The notes below the pieces were generated by a model. It was not told the origin of the DNA, made no database searches, and worked only from the letters and a program-made list of their open reading frames with translations. This document shows, one piece after another, positions 24,801 through 38,357 of a stretch of 64,000 nt of DNA. The DNA comes from Lama glama (taxonomy: Eukaryota), in the NCBI GenBank assembly GCA_028534125.1, contig CM052818.1, positions 11,348,001 through 11,412,000 on the forward strand. The letters run 5' to 3'. The stretch's first letter is position 1, and every line of letters begins with the position of its first letter. The position numbers and the translations under genes were made by a program.

Positions 24801-26040
24801 GCCAAGTTCAAAGCCAGGACCAGACTCAAGTCATCTGATGATCCGTTAGGTGCTTCTTGAGTGCACCACACAGTCAAAGCTCCCCACACTCCTGTAGCTC
24901 CCATTACACTAACAGGAGCCTCAAACCAGAGCCCCTCCCTCTTAACACAAATCAATGTTCCCTAGACTTCTCATTAGCATTAAAATTTGGATTAGGTGGT
25001 TCTGAAAATGTCATGAAATCTCAGCTCATGTGAGCCTTATCTTAATAGTAGTAAACTATGAGTCATGTCTGGGCAAGATTTGGAGAAGAAAAACTTGAAA
25101 TTATTGAGCTCTTAATTGAATGAAACATCTTCATTATCCTCATTAAAGGACTCAAAACTCAGATTTAATTTGATAGGATATGAATAACTTATTTAAAAGA
25201 TCCAATAGGAAGTTCGGTACCAAGTAATGTCAGCAGAACGAGATCCAGGAGAGCAGGCGATGATGAGAGCTGGTTCACAGAGAGTGGAATTGAATGATGG
25301 CAAATCACAGGGTAGAGGTAACAGATGCCCCAGCTCTGTGCAGAGTGCCAAACGACTTTGCATGTGCGGTGAACACGTGAAAAAGTGTGTAGAACAAATA
25401 AGACTTTCAGGCTGGGAAAAAAAAACCAGTCTCCAAGTGAGGCATTCAAGTGCCTCCCTGAAGGGCCCTTCCTAGAGCTCCAAACGGAAGGAAGATGCTA
25501 ACTTTGCAGGCTGTCACGTCAGGCGGCAAGGAAAGCCTTGGACCTGCGACTGCCATGCTCAGTGGACAGCGGGCGGGGAGGGACTCTGGCTGCAAGCGTA
25601 GTCTGGAGCTCTGAGGAACCTCAGCCATTTCCAAAATACTGTCTTTTCTGAGATACATTTTGGGTCCTAGTAATGGACAACAATTGAGGGAAACGTAGAC
25701 CACATGGAGGCCGGGTGCCCATATCGACTGGGTCACTTTGATCACTCATTATCAGGTCTCAGGAAGGAGAGACCTGAAGCTTGAGTTAAGACTTCGTTAG
25801 TACACGTGGGATGCTGCAGATGTATTAAGAGCAAATAACGTGAGATCTCGGCCTCACTGGATGCTTGAATTTATGTCAAAGTAGCTCCATTACATATGTG
25901 TCCCCCAGGGTCAGACTACATTAGCTGCTTTCCTCATTCCTCATTCCATACGTGATCAACTGGAGAGTCAATGGAGTGTACTTCAAAAACGTCTCTATAA
26001 AGCATGTTTTTAGCATCCGTAGAACTCAGGTTCAGTGTAA

Positions 26041-26090
26041 GTGCGTATGCATGTGTGCAGATTGCACGCGTGCGTGCGTGCATGCGTGTG
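26041..26090. repeat. Alternating purine-pyrimidine tracts (TG/CG/CA mix)
   Basis: Strict alternation over 26041-26059 and 26063-26090. Confidence 0.8.
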
Positions 26091-28058
26091 ACAAGGAGGG
26101 AGGAATAAAACATGAAATGTCTCTAAGGTCACAGAACACTGACCTCATTGGCGGGGCTAATTTGATTGTGCGGGAACAATAGCACTGTACTCCTCTGCTG
26201 GCGAAGTGCATGCTAATTACGCGATTTGCCCTTGATAAGACCTTGGTGGGTCATTCAGCAGTTGTGATCTGTCACTGACTTCTAATCATGTATTATCGTC
26301 TGGGTGAGTCAGAATGGGACCCTAAGCTTTCTGTCTTTACAGCAATGTGGCACTCTAATTACCTTATGCCAAGTGGATATGCAGCGACTGAATTAAGTGA
26401 TCAGTGCGATTGCCTTCAAAATCTTCCCTTTCTCCTTTGTGTTGCTTCACGGCAATTTACATTTTAAGATGCTGCGAAGCTTTTGGTGTGACTGAAAATG
26501 CCACTCTAAAAAATAATTATTTTATTTTTAATTCGAGGAGGATAATATTAAATTCAAGCCATACTAGTGTCTTACCTTATTTCTGTGGCATAAAACCAGA
26601 CGCTACAAAAAGAATTCTGTGAGCAAACTTGTTGAAAGGCATCATATGGGGAGCCTGGCTTTTGCTTTCAAAAAAGAAACATAATGAAGGGGATGGGAGT
26701 GGTGTGGAGTGTGGAGAGACCCAGAGAGTTAGAGGACTTTCTAAGACCGTAAGTTTTTACTGTATTAATAATTTGCACTTAATAAGCAGGCCTTAACATT
26801 AACCATGATTTTCTGCTTTTAAATAGTGCTTGGGGTTCACCAGAGGGAAATATGCATGCTACAGAGAAAAATGAAAACCCAGGGAATAAAATCTCACCAC
26901 AAAATACATTCATTAACTAGGGTAATGATAAACTGAGCTTATAAGCATTTTAAGGTCAGTAGCAAATACCTGACATATTGATTAACTTGTTCCATGACAG
27001 TTTGAGGGATCAGTGTGATCCCAATTTTGGTGATACAGCTTGCATTATTTTTCTGATCTTTTAAAATTTTGGTAGAGCTATCATATTATTCTCTATTGTT
27101 GCATAGCAACTCTCAAAAACTACAAAGCAATCTGTTATGCTAAACCAGTTGTACCAACATCTGTATTTGCCTAGAGAATGATCTAATGCCTTTTGCAAAG
27201 AAAATGCACTGCGACGTTTATAAAATTTGATAAGATACACTGATGTGGATGATCCTTGAAAATATGAACTCTGAAGTGCTCCTTGAAAGTTGTCATAAAA
27301 CAGACCAAAAAAAAAAAAAAAACCGACCATCATCACAACATCATAGAGCAAAAGTTACTGTGCTACTAACAGGAAATAGAAAAGGATTTTCAAAGCGTTC
27401 CTGCCTTGTGTGTCAACATTGCTGCAGAATTCTTTTATAGTAACTGAAAAATCAAAACCAAAGAGGACAATTGAGAGAAAAATTGCAAGCCTTATTTTCC
27501 TTGAATCACATGATGTGGAAGGAACATTATTTGTTGAATCCTTGGTTTGTTTGGGTGGGAGAGCAGAGGAGGGGGGTGAGCTGTCGAAAGGAATGGGGTG
27601 CAGGGAGAAGGGGGGGATTGAGAGAGCCCACAGAGAGGGAGGGAGGGAAGAAAGAGAAGAGGCGAGAAAGAGAGAAACCTAGACTCAGAATATTCTGCAT
27701 TCCCCGGGTGGCAAAACAGAAGAGCCCAAGGAGGGGGGACAAATCACTGTGGAAAGTTGACACAGTCAAGAATAATGGCTAAATCTATCAAGTTTGATCA
27801 GGTCTACTATAATGAAGTGAGGCTTCGTATTCCAAGCAGGGACAATGAAGACAGGAGTCAGGCTCTAGAAATGCACTGCTCACTTTGTGCTTGGAATATG
27901 CAGCAGCCAGCAGGGAGCCACCAGATAATTACACAGTATTTGTGCGGTTCCAGGAAGCTTCCTGCACAGGTTGAATGCCCGTGCTATATTAAAAGGCAGC
28001 ACAGTGAAATGTTTTTAATGAATATTTTTGTCAGAGAAAGAAAAGGCATTTGAATGAT

Positions 28059-28088
28059 TGTGTGTGTGTGTGAGAGAGAGAGAGAGAG
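28059..28088. repeat. Compound microsatellite (TG)7(AG)8
   Basis: Read directly from the sequence. Confidence 0.95.
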
Positions 28089-30194
28089 CGCGAGCAAGCG
28101 TGTGTGCGTGTTTACGCTTGCGCACGGGAGAACCAGAGGTGGAATATCACTGTCAAAATACAGGTACCTTTATTTATTTTTATTCCATTATTTACCATTT
28201 CAAGAATGCGACGTTCTTTCAATAATACGAATCACAACATTTGGCTAATGTTATTTAGGGCTGATTGTACATATAATCCCTTAACTAATATTTGCTAATA
28301 ATATCTTTCAATGAAATAATACATCAGACAGAGGCTTAGGACAACTTTAAAAAATTCCCGCGGTAAATGAAATGTTTAGACACACTGAATCAGGAAATCT
28401 CAAGAAGAAGTAACACAGATGTTGATACTTACTAGTCAGTAGCCTTTGGCAGTGATAGCTCTAAAAACATAAGAATGCATTATTTCAGTGCTCTTTAATT
28501 CTCACCTAACAGATGTGGTTAATCCATTGAATTTTAAACCCACACATTCTATTCACAATGTCCCTTTAAGTTCATTTTTCAGGCCAAAGCGAGCTATATA
28601 CGCTAAGAGAATTCACCCTACAAGGTTGTGATTTTTTTTTTAAAGTCCAGTTCGACTAATCTAATGCCACATATATTTCAGGTTTGTAAAAATTTATTTG
28701 ATGACAAAATACATAATTTCCTTAAATACATTTTCTACATTTCGTACTACCTATGTAAGGGCAGCTTTTTAAAGGCTAAATGACACTCAACAGTGAGCAA
28801 CAGATATCAGACAATAACTTCCTTTCCTAAATTAAATAAATTCTGCATTTCAAACTCTTTAGATAACAAAAGCATCTCAGATATTTTCCCCTTGAATCAA
28901 ATGATTTTTCACATCATGCAATGACTTATGTACCCAGGTATTAATTTAGGACTCAAACCTCCACATTTGAAAAGAGGATATTGTATTTCACATGGCTAAG
29001 CACCGATTGTGAACCATTATCACTTTTAACAAGTACATTCTGATGAGGTAACACGGATCTTTATTTGAAGGGAGAGTTCCTGCCACATTGCCTGACACAG
29101 ATGGTGGGGGTCAACAATTAAGAACAGTGAGAGTTGCAGGATTTGTGGGTTGAAAGATGGGTCTGATGAGGCAATTTTCTCTTTTTTTTTTTTCTCTCCC
29201 AAAGAGTAATTTCAAGTAGATTTCTCAGCCAAGAGGCTTGCCACTCCCTCTAGCAACTGACTAAAATTTAATAGCTCTGACCCTCAAAAAAAAAAAAATC
29301 ACTGCATTCAACAAAAGTAGATACTGGCTCCAGATTATTATAAGAGAAGGCAATATCCATTCCAAATTCTCAAGGATTTGTTTCAAGGCTCCTGTCATTG
29401 AAATCTTTCCTTTTATAAGCTGTGTTATTAATAATTGCAAATACCTAAACATAATCATTTAAATGAAAACTGGTTTCTTTTATTACAATGGGAAAACAAA
29501 CCCCTAACCCTTTTAATAAACAGATTCAAAATGAATATACATAAAACTCCAAAAAGGAAATTTCAGGAGGTATAAATGGCCATGTGCATTTAAGGAGAAA
29601 GAGAGGTAATCACCTTGGCATGTTTAAATCTGATTATCAATCTGTCCTCAAAGACTTTCCATTCTAAAATACACACAATGGTCAGATATGTTTCCTTCAT
29701 TTGAATGATAGGTTTACACATAACACTCTATTGCCATGCTAGGTGTTCAAACCACAAATAATGTAGGATCCTTTTTAATCATTTTTCTACTTCTAACGTT
29801 TCACTAAGATACTCTACTACTATATTAAGCAGTTTATACTCATCACAAAATGCATAAAGCATATAGGTCAAAATGGTCTGGCGATCTTTTCAGAAGTTTC
29901 TGTAAACAAAAAACTTCATTTCAATAAGATTTGACCAAAGAGACACAAAGCTTGGGAGAGTGGGGAATGGGCTTTGTTCCCTTTGTTGGAATTGGTGGAA
30001 AAATCTACACAAGGACAGTGTTCAATCACAGGCAGAAACAAAGAACTCAAGAGAGGTCATCCTTCCATCTCGGTCCTTCCATAACTGGGAAACATTCTCA
30101 AATCTTGGGCCAAGAGAAAAATCATATCTAAGTTTTGTTCTACACCTTCCTCCCTTATAGGTACAATGAAAATGTAAATTTACGTATAACAGAG

Positions 30195-30342
30195 TTTTTT
30201 TGTTTGTTTGTTTGTTTGCCGTTTAATTTTTGTTGGGGGGAGGTAACTATGCTTATTTATTTAATGGAGGTACTAGGGATTGAACCCAGGACTTCATGCA
30301 TGCTAAGCACACACTTGACCACTGAGCTATACCCTCCTCCCC
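30195..30342 (-). mobile_element. tRNA-derived SINE (camelid Vic-1-like), longer variant
   Basis: Reverse complement reads ggggaggagggtatagctcagtggtcaagtgtgtgcttagcatgcatgaagtcctgggttcaatccctagtacctccatt, followed by an (AAAC)n/A tail. Homologous to 794-895. Confidence 0.92.
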
Positions 30343-32284
30343 AGAATTGAATTTTTAAAAACTATTTCTTCCACAGATCCTCCAATTTTAGTTTCCATCT
30401 TTGTCATCAGTTGTCCATGCAAATCTTTCTGAATGGGACACTGGGGACTAGATTCTAAGTGAGAACAACCACTTCCAAACACTTGTGCTGGCCTAGGAGA
30501 AGGTATGGGGGGTGCCTGAAGGGAGGCAATCTTTACTTAGGGTATCTGCAAGGATGCTTACGGAACTCCGAGTGTCACTGTCATATGGCCAGCTCTGCTC
30601 TGGCGGCCACCTAGAACTAAACTAGAAGTTTTGCTTAGGTTTGCATCATTTGCATTGGACCTCTTCATTCTGAAGTCTCAGGTTTCAAAGTTGTCTTTTG
30701 TGAAATGAAGAGTAAGGATTTCATTAATTGTCTTAGCCTGGGGATAGTTGTAAAACATTAGTCGGTAAAAATAGATGAAAAGCCAATACTCTTTCCCATG
30801 TAGTACATAAAACTATTCCTCCACCCTGGAATAGTTGCTCCACCCCCACCTACACAAACGCTGGCATATTCATAAGCAGCATCCTCATCTTTAAAGGATT
30901 GTTACCCCAAGATTAAGTGGTCCTTAGAAATGCCAGTGGGGCTTTCCAGCCCCTTTGCCTGCAAAGAGCTTTGTGCCTTAGGAAAAGGTCCCTCTCTACC
31001 TTCCAAGCTTCATTTTATTCAATCGGCTCTTCTTCACATTGTTATAGCCAGTGAACATAGCAAAGTTGGATTCAGAAGAGAACCTTAAGCATCATCATAA
31101 CGCTTAGAAGAAATGGCTTCACACTGTATAATCTATCAAAGGTGTCAGATTTACAAAATGCAGATTTTCTGTCACATTTGGGCTCTCTAAGCACTGTATC
31201 TTTTCACTAAGGTGCTGACTGCTGTTTTAATGAGGCCCTTTGGTGGCTGTAAAAAAGTGAAAGAGGAGAATTAGAGGGGTTACCCTAGATATTGTCTATT
31301 TGTCTTACAAATTTCACACTAACTACCAATTACATCGCCATAAACCTTTTGGCTACTTCAAGCTCTACGCCATATAATACATAAAAAATACACTATGTTA
31401 ACTTCTCCTATATTATACACATAACTACAGCCACTGATGCAAGTAACATATCTAATGAAGCCAATAATGAGGCTCTTTAAAAGTAGTCTTGTTATAGGAA
31501 TAATATTGGAGCAGTTCAGTTAAAGGCTAAGGTCCATTATGGAACGCTTCCTGTACACTCTGGTCCCAGGTCTGGAAAGATGCTGACACACTAATTCATG
31601 CTCAAGAAGGGCATTAATCTTGCAACCTTCTACTTGTCATGCTTAATGGGACATCCTGCCTAGGTGAAATGAACCTGATGTATTCAGGTAAACATAATTT
31701 AATAAGGAAAGATAAAAAGAAATAGACTTCTGGTATGACCCTAGGGAGATGAAAATATCTGCCATTTTATTTGAGAACCTAACTCACAAGAAGCCTCTGT
31801 GTGGTACCTGGTCCAGGGTTGTGCACAGTAGGCTCTCAAGAATATGTATTGCATTAAAGAATAAATGGGAAAATCATGGCGAAAGTTTTGAGAGATCATT
31901 GTCCTCCCCGCCCCCGCTAAATTTCCTGCAATCCATTTTGTCGGCGGGGAATGATAATGCCAGACAGCAAAGGCAACTGTGTTCATCTTGGGGAAGAAGA
32001 CACGGATTAATGTGGGGTTAAGCATCTGAGTGTGAAATCAAGATCCTCAACAATGCAGCATGCGATTTAAAAAGCAGGCATGAATGTCAGTGAGTAACCG
32101 TGCATCCTCTTTCATTTGCAATCACTCTTAAGTCTAATGAGCTTCCAAAAATTGTGTCAAGGTTTCAAATAAGCTTATAAAAGGCAGCTGTTGGAGAAAG
32201 CGGCAGTCCATCCTGCCAAATCAAGCACTGGATCAACCTTGCACACGCACAGGAGTGTGTGCGGGCACGCACATGTGTGCCCGT

Positions 32285-32309
32285 ACACACACACACACAC
32301 ACACACACA
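32285..32309. repeat. (AC)12 microsatellite
   Basis: Read directly from the sequence. Confidence 0.95.
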
Positions 32310-35300
32310 GAATGTGTAGTGGGGCTCAACCTCCCTCATTCCCTGCCTAGATTCTGGTGTCCTACTGCTTTGAGAGAGACAGATCTAAAATGGCCCCAGA
32401 GAACACCGACTGCCCTTAACATTACAGCAGCTAGCATCAAGAATTGAAGAGTTAATATTCTGAGTGATGAATCATGGCTTCAAATCACTGAATGGAGTCT
32501 GTCATTAGGAAATTTGCCAAGTTTTCTTTGATTCAAAGATAAAACGAACATGGCATTTTTTTTGGTCAAGGTTTAAAAATTAGACATGTGGGAAATATGA
32601 TTCAGAAATATCACCTAAAACCACCTGAAACACTGTCTCCCCCGATCCTTCTTCTAGCTATTTTCAGAGAGGGTAAAATATGGTTAAATGGATTATTTGG
32701 ATGATAATGTGGTTAAATCCATTGTTGTGAATTTGAATTTATCACATTTCTATATTTAGCTAGCCAGGCACTTGTAAATCTACCGAGCTCATTTTTATGG
32801 CAAAATCGATGCATTTATCCCCCACCCTGGATAATATGTTACTTGTGAAAATGACTCTTTTACTTACAATTTATTTCTAACAGAGACAGAGAGAAATATA
32901 TATGAACACTTAACAGATGAGTTAAAAACAAAAGGATGAAGGGAACCCTTAGCAATAAAGAGTCTGATGGGACAGTCCTGAGATGCTAGGCCTCCCTCCA
33001 CCTTTCCCCTCAGTTGTTGGAATGCCTGTACTATGTCCTACTCAGTCACACAGCCTCTGCATAGCACCAGCATTCATTTCCCAGATGGCAGTGAGTGTCG
33101 TCAATTCCACTAGACCATCATTCAAGATGGCAAGAAAGCTGCCCACGCTAGCGGAACTACTGATGATCAGAACAAATGTCACAGTCTAGTATCAAGAGAA
33201 GACACTCACTCTCCTGGTGCAGCTGAGTAGACCAGGGTACATGCAGAAAACCAGGCATTTGGAGCAACACAGTTAACTTTTTATTTATATTGTTATTTTT
33301 GTCCAAGTCTCTTAAGCATCTCATCTGCAAAGCATCAAGTTGAGTTACATATTCATTAAGCACCTTGTGTAATTGTTATGAAAAGCACCATGGAAACTCC
33401 AAGTACTGCAATACTTTGGTCTCTCCCTGCTTGAACTCAAAAGGCTTCCCATTCCATAGTCAATAAAGGAGAAAGGAATGAACACAAGGAAGGAGATTTT
33501 TATGAATGTTTTCTCTATGATAACAGCTTGGATTAGTGCCTAACTAAATAATCCTTAAATAAGAATAGGGGATTTATGAGCTGCCAGTCTTGGAAGTAAC
33601 CACAAGGCCCTTCCAAATTTCCAAGGCACACCTAAGAACTCTCACTGCTTAGAGGCTGCCTCTAGACATCAATCCAGGGGTAGAACTTACTCCTGGGGTT
33701 TTTGCTTTGCTTGTCCATAATCCTGAACTCCAGGCCCTTATCCTTGCCCTCAGATGACACGTAATTCTATCGAGATAGGTAGAACGAAGTGCAAAAGGAA
33801 GAAAATCTACCCTTAGAGAGTATATTAGTGACATTTGGAATCTATGGGCCTGATTCCCAGAAATCCAAATTAAAATGAGATTTGGAATGAGAAAAAAAAA
33901 AACTGTTGATGTTTCTAATCATTCTAATAAAGTTATCTAGCTTCTGCTGGATCATTTTTCATACGAGAATCTGTGCTCTATTCTATATGGAATAGACTAC
34001 GCTAAGCTGGATAAAAAATGTCACCTTAGGCACCTGAATTAATAGTTCGGTTATGTACTCGGTTAAGTCTTTACTATAGATCAGCATAAGTGTGCTAGAC
34101 AGACAATTCTTTAGAGCTAACATTTAAAAAAGGTGCCAAAGCCCCTTTGAGAACTGTGTGAATTATCCAGATTCAGGGGGAAAAAAAGTTAAATATACAG
34201 TGCTTTTTTACCCCGCCTCCCTCTCTTAGTTGCACTGAATAAGTAAAATTGCAGCAAAGTTGGCAAGAATAAATACTTCCTCGGTTTTTCTAAAGCTGCA
34301 ATTAATGATAATGAAGCTCTACCTTATAAGGCAAGAAATACAGTACAAATTGGATAAGTAAGAAAAATGATCAGCCATTGTGTGCCTCCGATATAGTACA
34401 TCAAGGTATCACCACTGTGAGGCTATCTTTATTTTAAACCATTAAACAAAACAATATAAATCTGCAGGCAGGTGTTTCTTGTTGCAGAAGTATTGAAAGT
34501 TGTAATGCAAACAATCTAATTTTAGCATCTATGTAGAGTGTGAAGTGAATTTACTGATCATTGATGCATTGAGCATGGGACGAAATAATCAGCAGGAGCT
34601 TTCAGCGAGATTATCCTATTAAAGCAGGAAGACTTCATGTGGTTGTTAAGGAAGTAGTCAAAAGCAGGTGATGGAAGTGGGGGTTTGACGACTCGTCAGT
34701 GGGCTCAGTGTACATGTTAAGTTGTTGTTTTCTGCTCAGCTAAGCAGCAGAGAATTGATATGTTAGCAATGAAGTGCAATGACAATTAAATTGTAACTGA
34801 CCTACATGTTACCATCATTACGCGTTCTCTTTTTTACTGCTTTCCCTCTTATTTAATCACACAGTATGGGGTTTTTATTAGGCTGTAATGTTAAAATCTT
34901 CATCCATTTAGCCATAAATGTGTGACTGGATATCTATCAGACTTCCTTGCACTATACAAACAAAGCCATTTTGCTGAATCACTGTTGACTTGTTTGTGGC
35001 CTAATTTAATGAGTGTAATAACTTACATTACTATCCAGTTAACATTTAGGAGCCCAGAAAAGACCTGCTAGCACTCAGTAAGCTACTGTATACATTCTCT
35101 ATTCATATCACTCCCCTCTGCAGTAAATTTTCTACAATACTATGCACAGCTTACAACACAAGCTCAGCTTCCATCGGCTGAGTGAGGATGCTATTCTAGG
35201 AAGTTCACTGTGCTTCGGCTGAAATGCTTCTGACACACGAGAACCTGCCCACATGACCCCCTTCTTCTGGACACCATGGCAGCTGGATCTTAACCCCTTA

Positions 35301-35447
35301 AAATAGTCAACATAGGTTATAACCCGCAGACAAAGATAAGTTAGTCCTTGTTCCTACTTTTTTACTGTAGTTTTAAGACTCTTCCCTCTCCCCAAGCTCA
35401 GGTATAAAACATAGTTATTCAAGGAGAGGGAAAGAAAAATCCCTTTA

Positions 35448-35644
35448 ATAACCACTATATATAAAAATAGATAGAAAACAAATTTCTCCTGTAGAGCACA
35501 GGGAACTATAGTCAATATCTTGTAATAATCTTTAATGAAAAAGAACATTAAAACAAATATATGTATATACATGCATGACTGGAACATTGTGCTATACACC
35601 AGAAACGGACACATTTTAACTGTCTATACCTCAGTTAAAAAAAA
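35448..35644 (+). mobile_element. Short LINE-1 3' UTR insertion, camelid-type
   Basis: Homologous to 10775-10960 and 60870-61040 (cactatatataaaaatagata..agcacagggaactata..tacaccagaaa). A tail present. Confidence 0.9.
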
Positions 35645-36092
35645 TCTGTTAGTTACAAACAAAATAAAGTCCCAGGATAGATTAAGAGCAAGAGCCACCA
35701 GGTACAATGGGTTGTCTCTATTTGTATTTATGTGATTAGGCTATCTGTGATCTTGAATTATGTACCATTTACTCCTTTCGTATAAGAAGGCTACTCATCC
35801 TACCGCTCAGTCCACACATATCTGTACGGTGTCTTGTTCAGTGATTCCTTCATACAAATATACTGTAATATATTTTTGGTTTTTTACGGTACTTAAAAAA
35901 AGATTTAAAAAATCTTTGTTACCTCATCTGCCTTAGCCATTTAACTGGCATCTGAAAATTCAGTGGATCAATTAAGTCACCAAAAACAAAAAAACAAAAA
36001 AAACAAAACCTCATTAGTTTCATATGAATATTATGAATAAATGACAAAAGTAAAGTTCTTTACTTGCTTGAAATAGCCATTATTTTAAAAGT

Positions 36093-36127
36093 CACACACA
36101 GACACACACACACACACACACACACAC
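36093..36127. repeat. Interrupted (CA)n microsatellite
   Basis: Read directly from the sequence. Confidence 0.95.
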
Positions 36128-36614
36128 CCCTATGGAGTTGACAATTTATAAACAAGTATTTTCACAATGAGAGATTTGGAACAGATGGACTTTATTTTTC
36201 TTTACCCTTTCCGAGCGGTTTCACTGCATTGTTTGTGTCAAGAATTAAGTCTTTAATTACTATTAGATAATACCTCTGATGGACATTACAAACTTATAAG
36301 TCTCTAATACTGGAGGAACAAAAGTCATAGATTAAAGAGATTCTTTTCATTTTATTTCTTTCCATGAAACAGACAAAGGCAACCTTCAGGCCTCTTATCC
36401 TAGGGGGAAATGCATCACTCTAGACAATTAGGAAATTACTTTGGTTTTCACAAATGATGGGCCACATAAAAATTTTGAGCCTGCTAATTAAAGCTTCTAT
36501 GTCTGGAATTTTACCTTGACACTCAAAAGAAAAAGCATTGTATTGACAAGTTTATGTAAAATAAGCTATCAGGTCTTGGAAATTAGGGGATAAAAGTAAT
36601 AATAATCTCCTTTT

Positions 36615-36895
36615 TCAATACTGACCTATTGAATTCCAGGCACTGGGAAAAGGCTATTAACATTTTAAAAAGTCAAAATCTTTGCTCTCATAGGGCATAT
36701 ATTCTGGTTGGGGGAGAAAAACAAAACACAAACAAAATAAAAATTAAGTAGTTTATTAGAAGGCAAAAATGCTAAGAAAAAAGGGAAAAAAAGCAGAAAA
36801 AAGGAGGAGTGCTATGAGGAAGGTGGGACTTTATTTTGGGTTGCTCATGGTAGACCACATTGAGAAGGTACATTTGAGCAAAGACTTGAAGGAGA
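36615..36895 (-). mobile_element. L2 fragment
   Basis: ccaggcactggg..tgctctcatagggcatatattctggttggggg..tgagaaggtacatttgagcaaagacttgaaggag. Confidence 0.75.
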
Positions 36896-37314
36896 CAATT
36901 TAAATACTTACACTAATGTATAATCTAGATATATATTACATTTAATACTAGTGTGTAGCTCTACACAGAATGTATGTTATATTTAAAAAAAAAAGTGCCA
37001 TGCTGAACTGGATTTCAACCAAAGAAAGGTTCAAAGAGAGGCTAATTAAAAACAAATAGGCTGAAGGCGGTATGGAGTCAGACAGACCACCTGGAAGACT
37101 GGTCCTTATGTCCCCCTCACAACTTCCCTATTTTGAATCTATAATCCATTATTTGTTCTGGGAGTAAACCTGTCACTTGGGGGCTCTGGAGTGACAGCAG
37201 TTCCAAGCCAGGTTGGGTGAAGATGAACCTGTGTTAAGATCTTGACTCTGCTAGCTACCAGGCACAGATAGTCAAATAATCGCGACCACGTAGTTTTCAG
37301 CCAGGCACTGCCCA

Positions 37315-37452
37315 CTGAACAGCCTTGTGAAGTATTATTACCCATTCAAAGCTGAGTAAAGCAGAGTCCTGAGAAAGTACCCAAAGTTACTTTCAGTCCA
37401 CTACTGAGTAGAAAAGTGAATTCTCTGACTCCTGTACCACAGCTCTTTCTAT
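37315..37452 (-). mobile_element. MIR fragment
   Basis: aacagccttgtgaagtattattacccatt..ctgactcctgtaccacagctctttcta. Confidence 0.55.
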
Positions 37453-38189
37453 ATGTGTTAGGACAAAATAAAAGCAGAAACAAAACCAAACCAAACTGTA
37501 GTGTCAATCAAGAATATCAAACGCATGGGAGGGTTAACAGCAATTTGGAGTATAGTTAAATTTGAAGTTAAATGCTACTATTTATGTGAATTACGCAAAG
37601 AGTGGCTCCAGTGGGGCTCTTGATATAAAATGTGGAGTCTAGATCAAACTTTTGATGGTAACTGCCGACTTACTGATGCTTCTTTCTTTCTTGAGGGTGG
37701 TTTCTGCTCACCTGTATGGCATTTTTGTATGAATAGAAAAATGTGTCCTTTGCTCCAAATGGAGACAGCTCAGTGGTGGGTCTAGGCAAGTGGACTTGCA
37801 GTAAGATTTTCATCCTCACTGGGGGTCACCTGCATGTATGACCTGCACCAGCGTTCTTGGCAGCCCTACTTTCAAATTTTAAACAGTGGCAACCTTGCTA
37901 ATAAAAGGAGTCAGAAAAGCTTCACCTTGACTTGAAGTGGTCCTTTCTTCAAGCTCTTGTGTGACTCCATCTTAAAACATCATGTTTCTTGACTGATATT
38001 TTAAAAAATTCATCATGGGACTTATAATACAAATCTACAAGAAGAAAATGATTTATTTTGGCAATAAGACAATCATGGACGAGCAGGTCTGAAGCTGCTA
38101 AGCACTTTCTGTTGACCTTTCTTCTATTCATTTTCCTTCCAATATCTGAGACTGAGCTATGTCAAGCATAACATCTTGGGATTATAAAT

Positions 38190-38357
38190 AAATCTGAGTT
38201 TTTGAGCCAGAAAGACATGGGTTCAAAGCCCAGCTCAGCCACTGACAAACTGATTTTGGCTAAAGTCCTTCATCTTTCTATTCGAACTTGTTTCTTTTTT
38301 GATTGAAAAGAAATGGGATAATAGTATTTTTCAAGAATTTTTTCACAAAATTAAATT
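38190..38357 (+). mobile_element. MIR fragment
   Basis: ttgagccagaaagacatgggttcaaagcccagctcagccact..aaatgggataatagta. Confidence 0.75.

Noticed and set aside
32680..32725. tggttaaat repeat with aatggatt/aatccatt inverted arms as a miRNA hairpin
   Set aside because: The stem is only about 8 bp, far short of a pre-miRNA.
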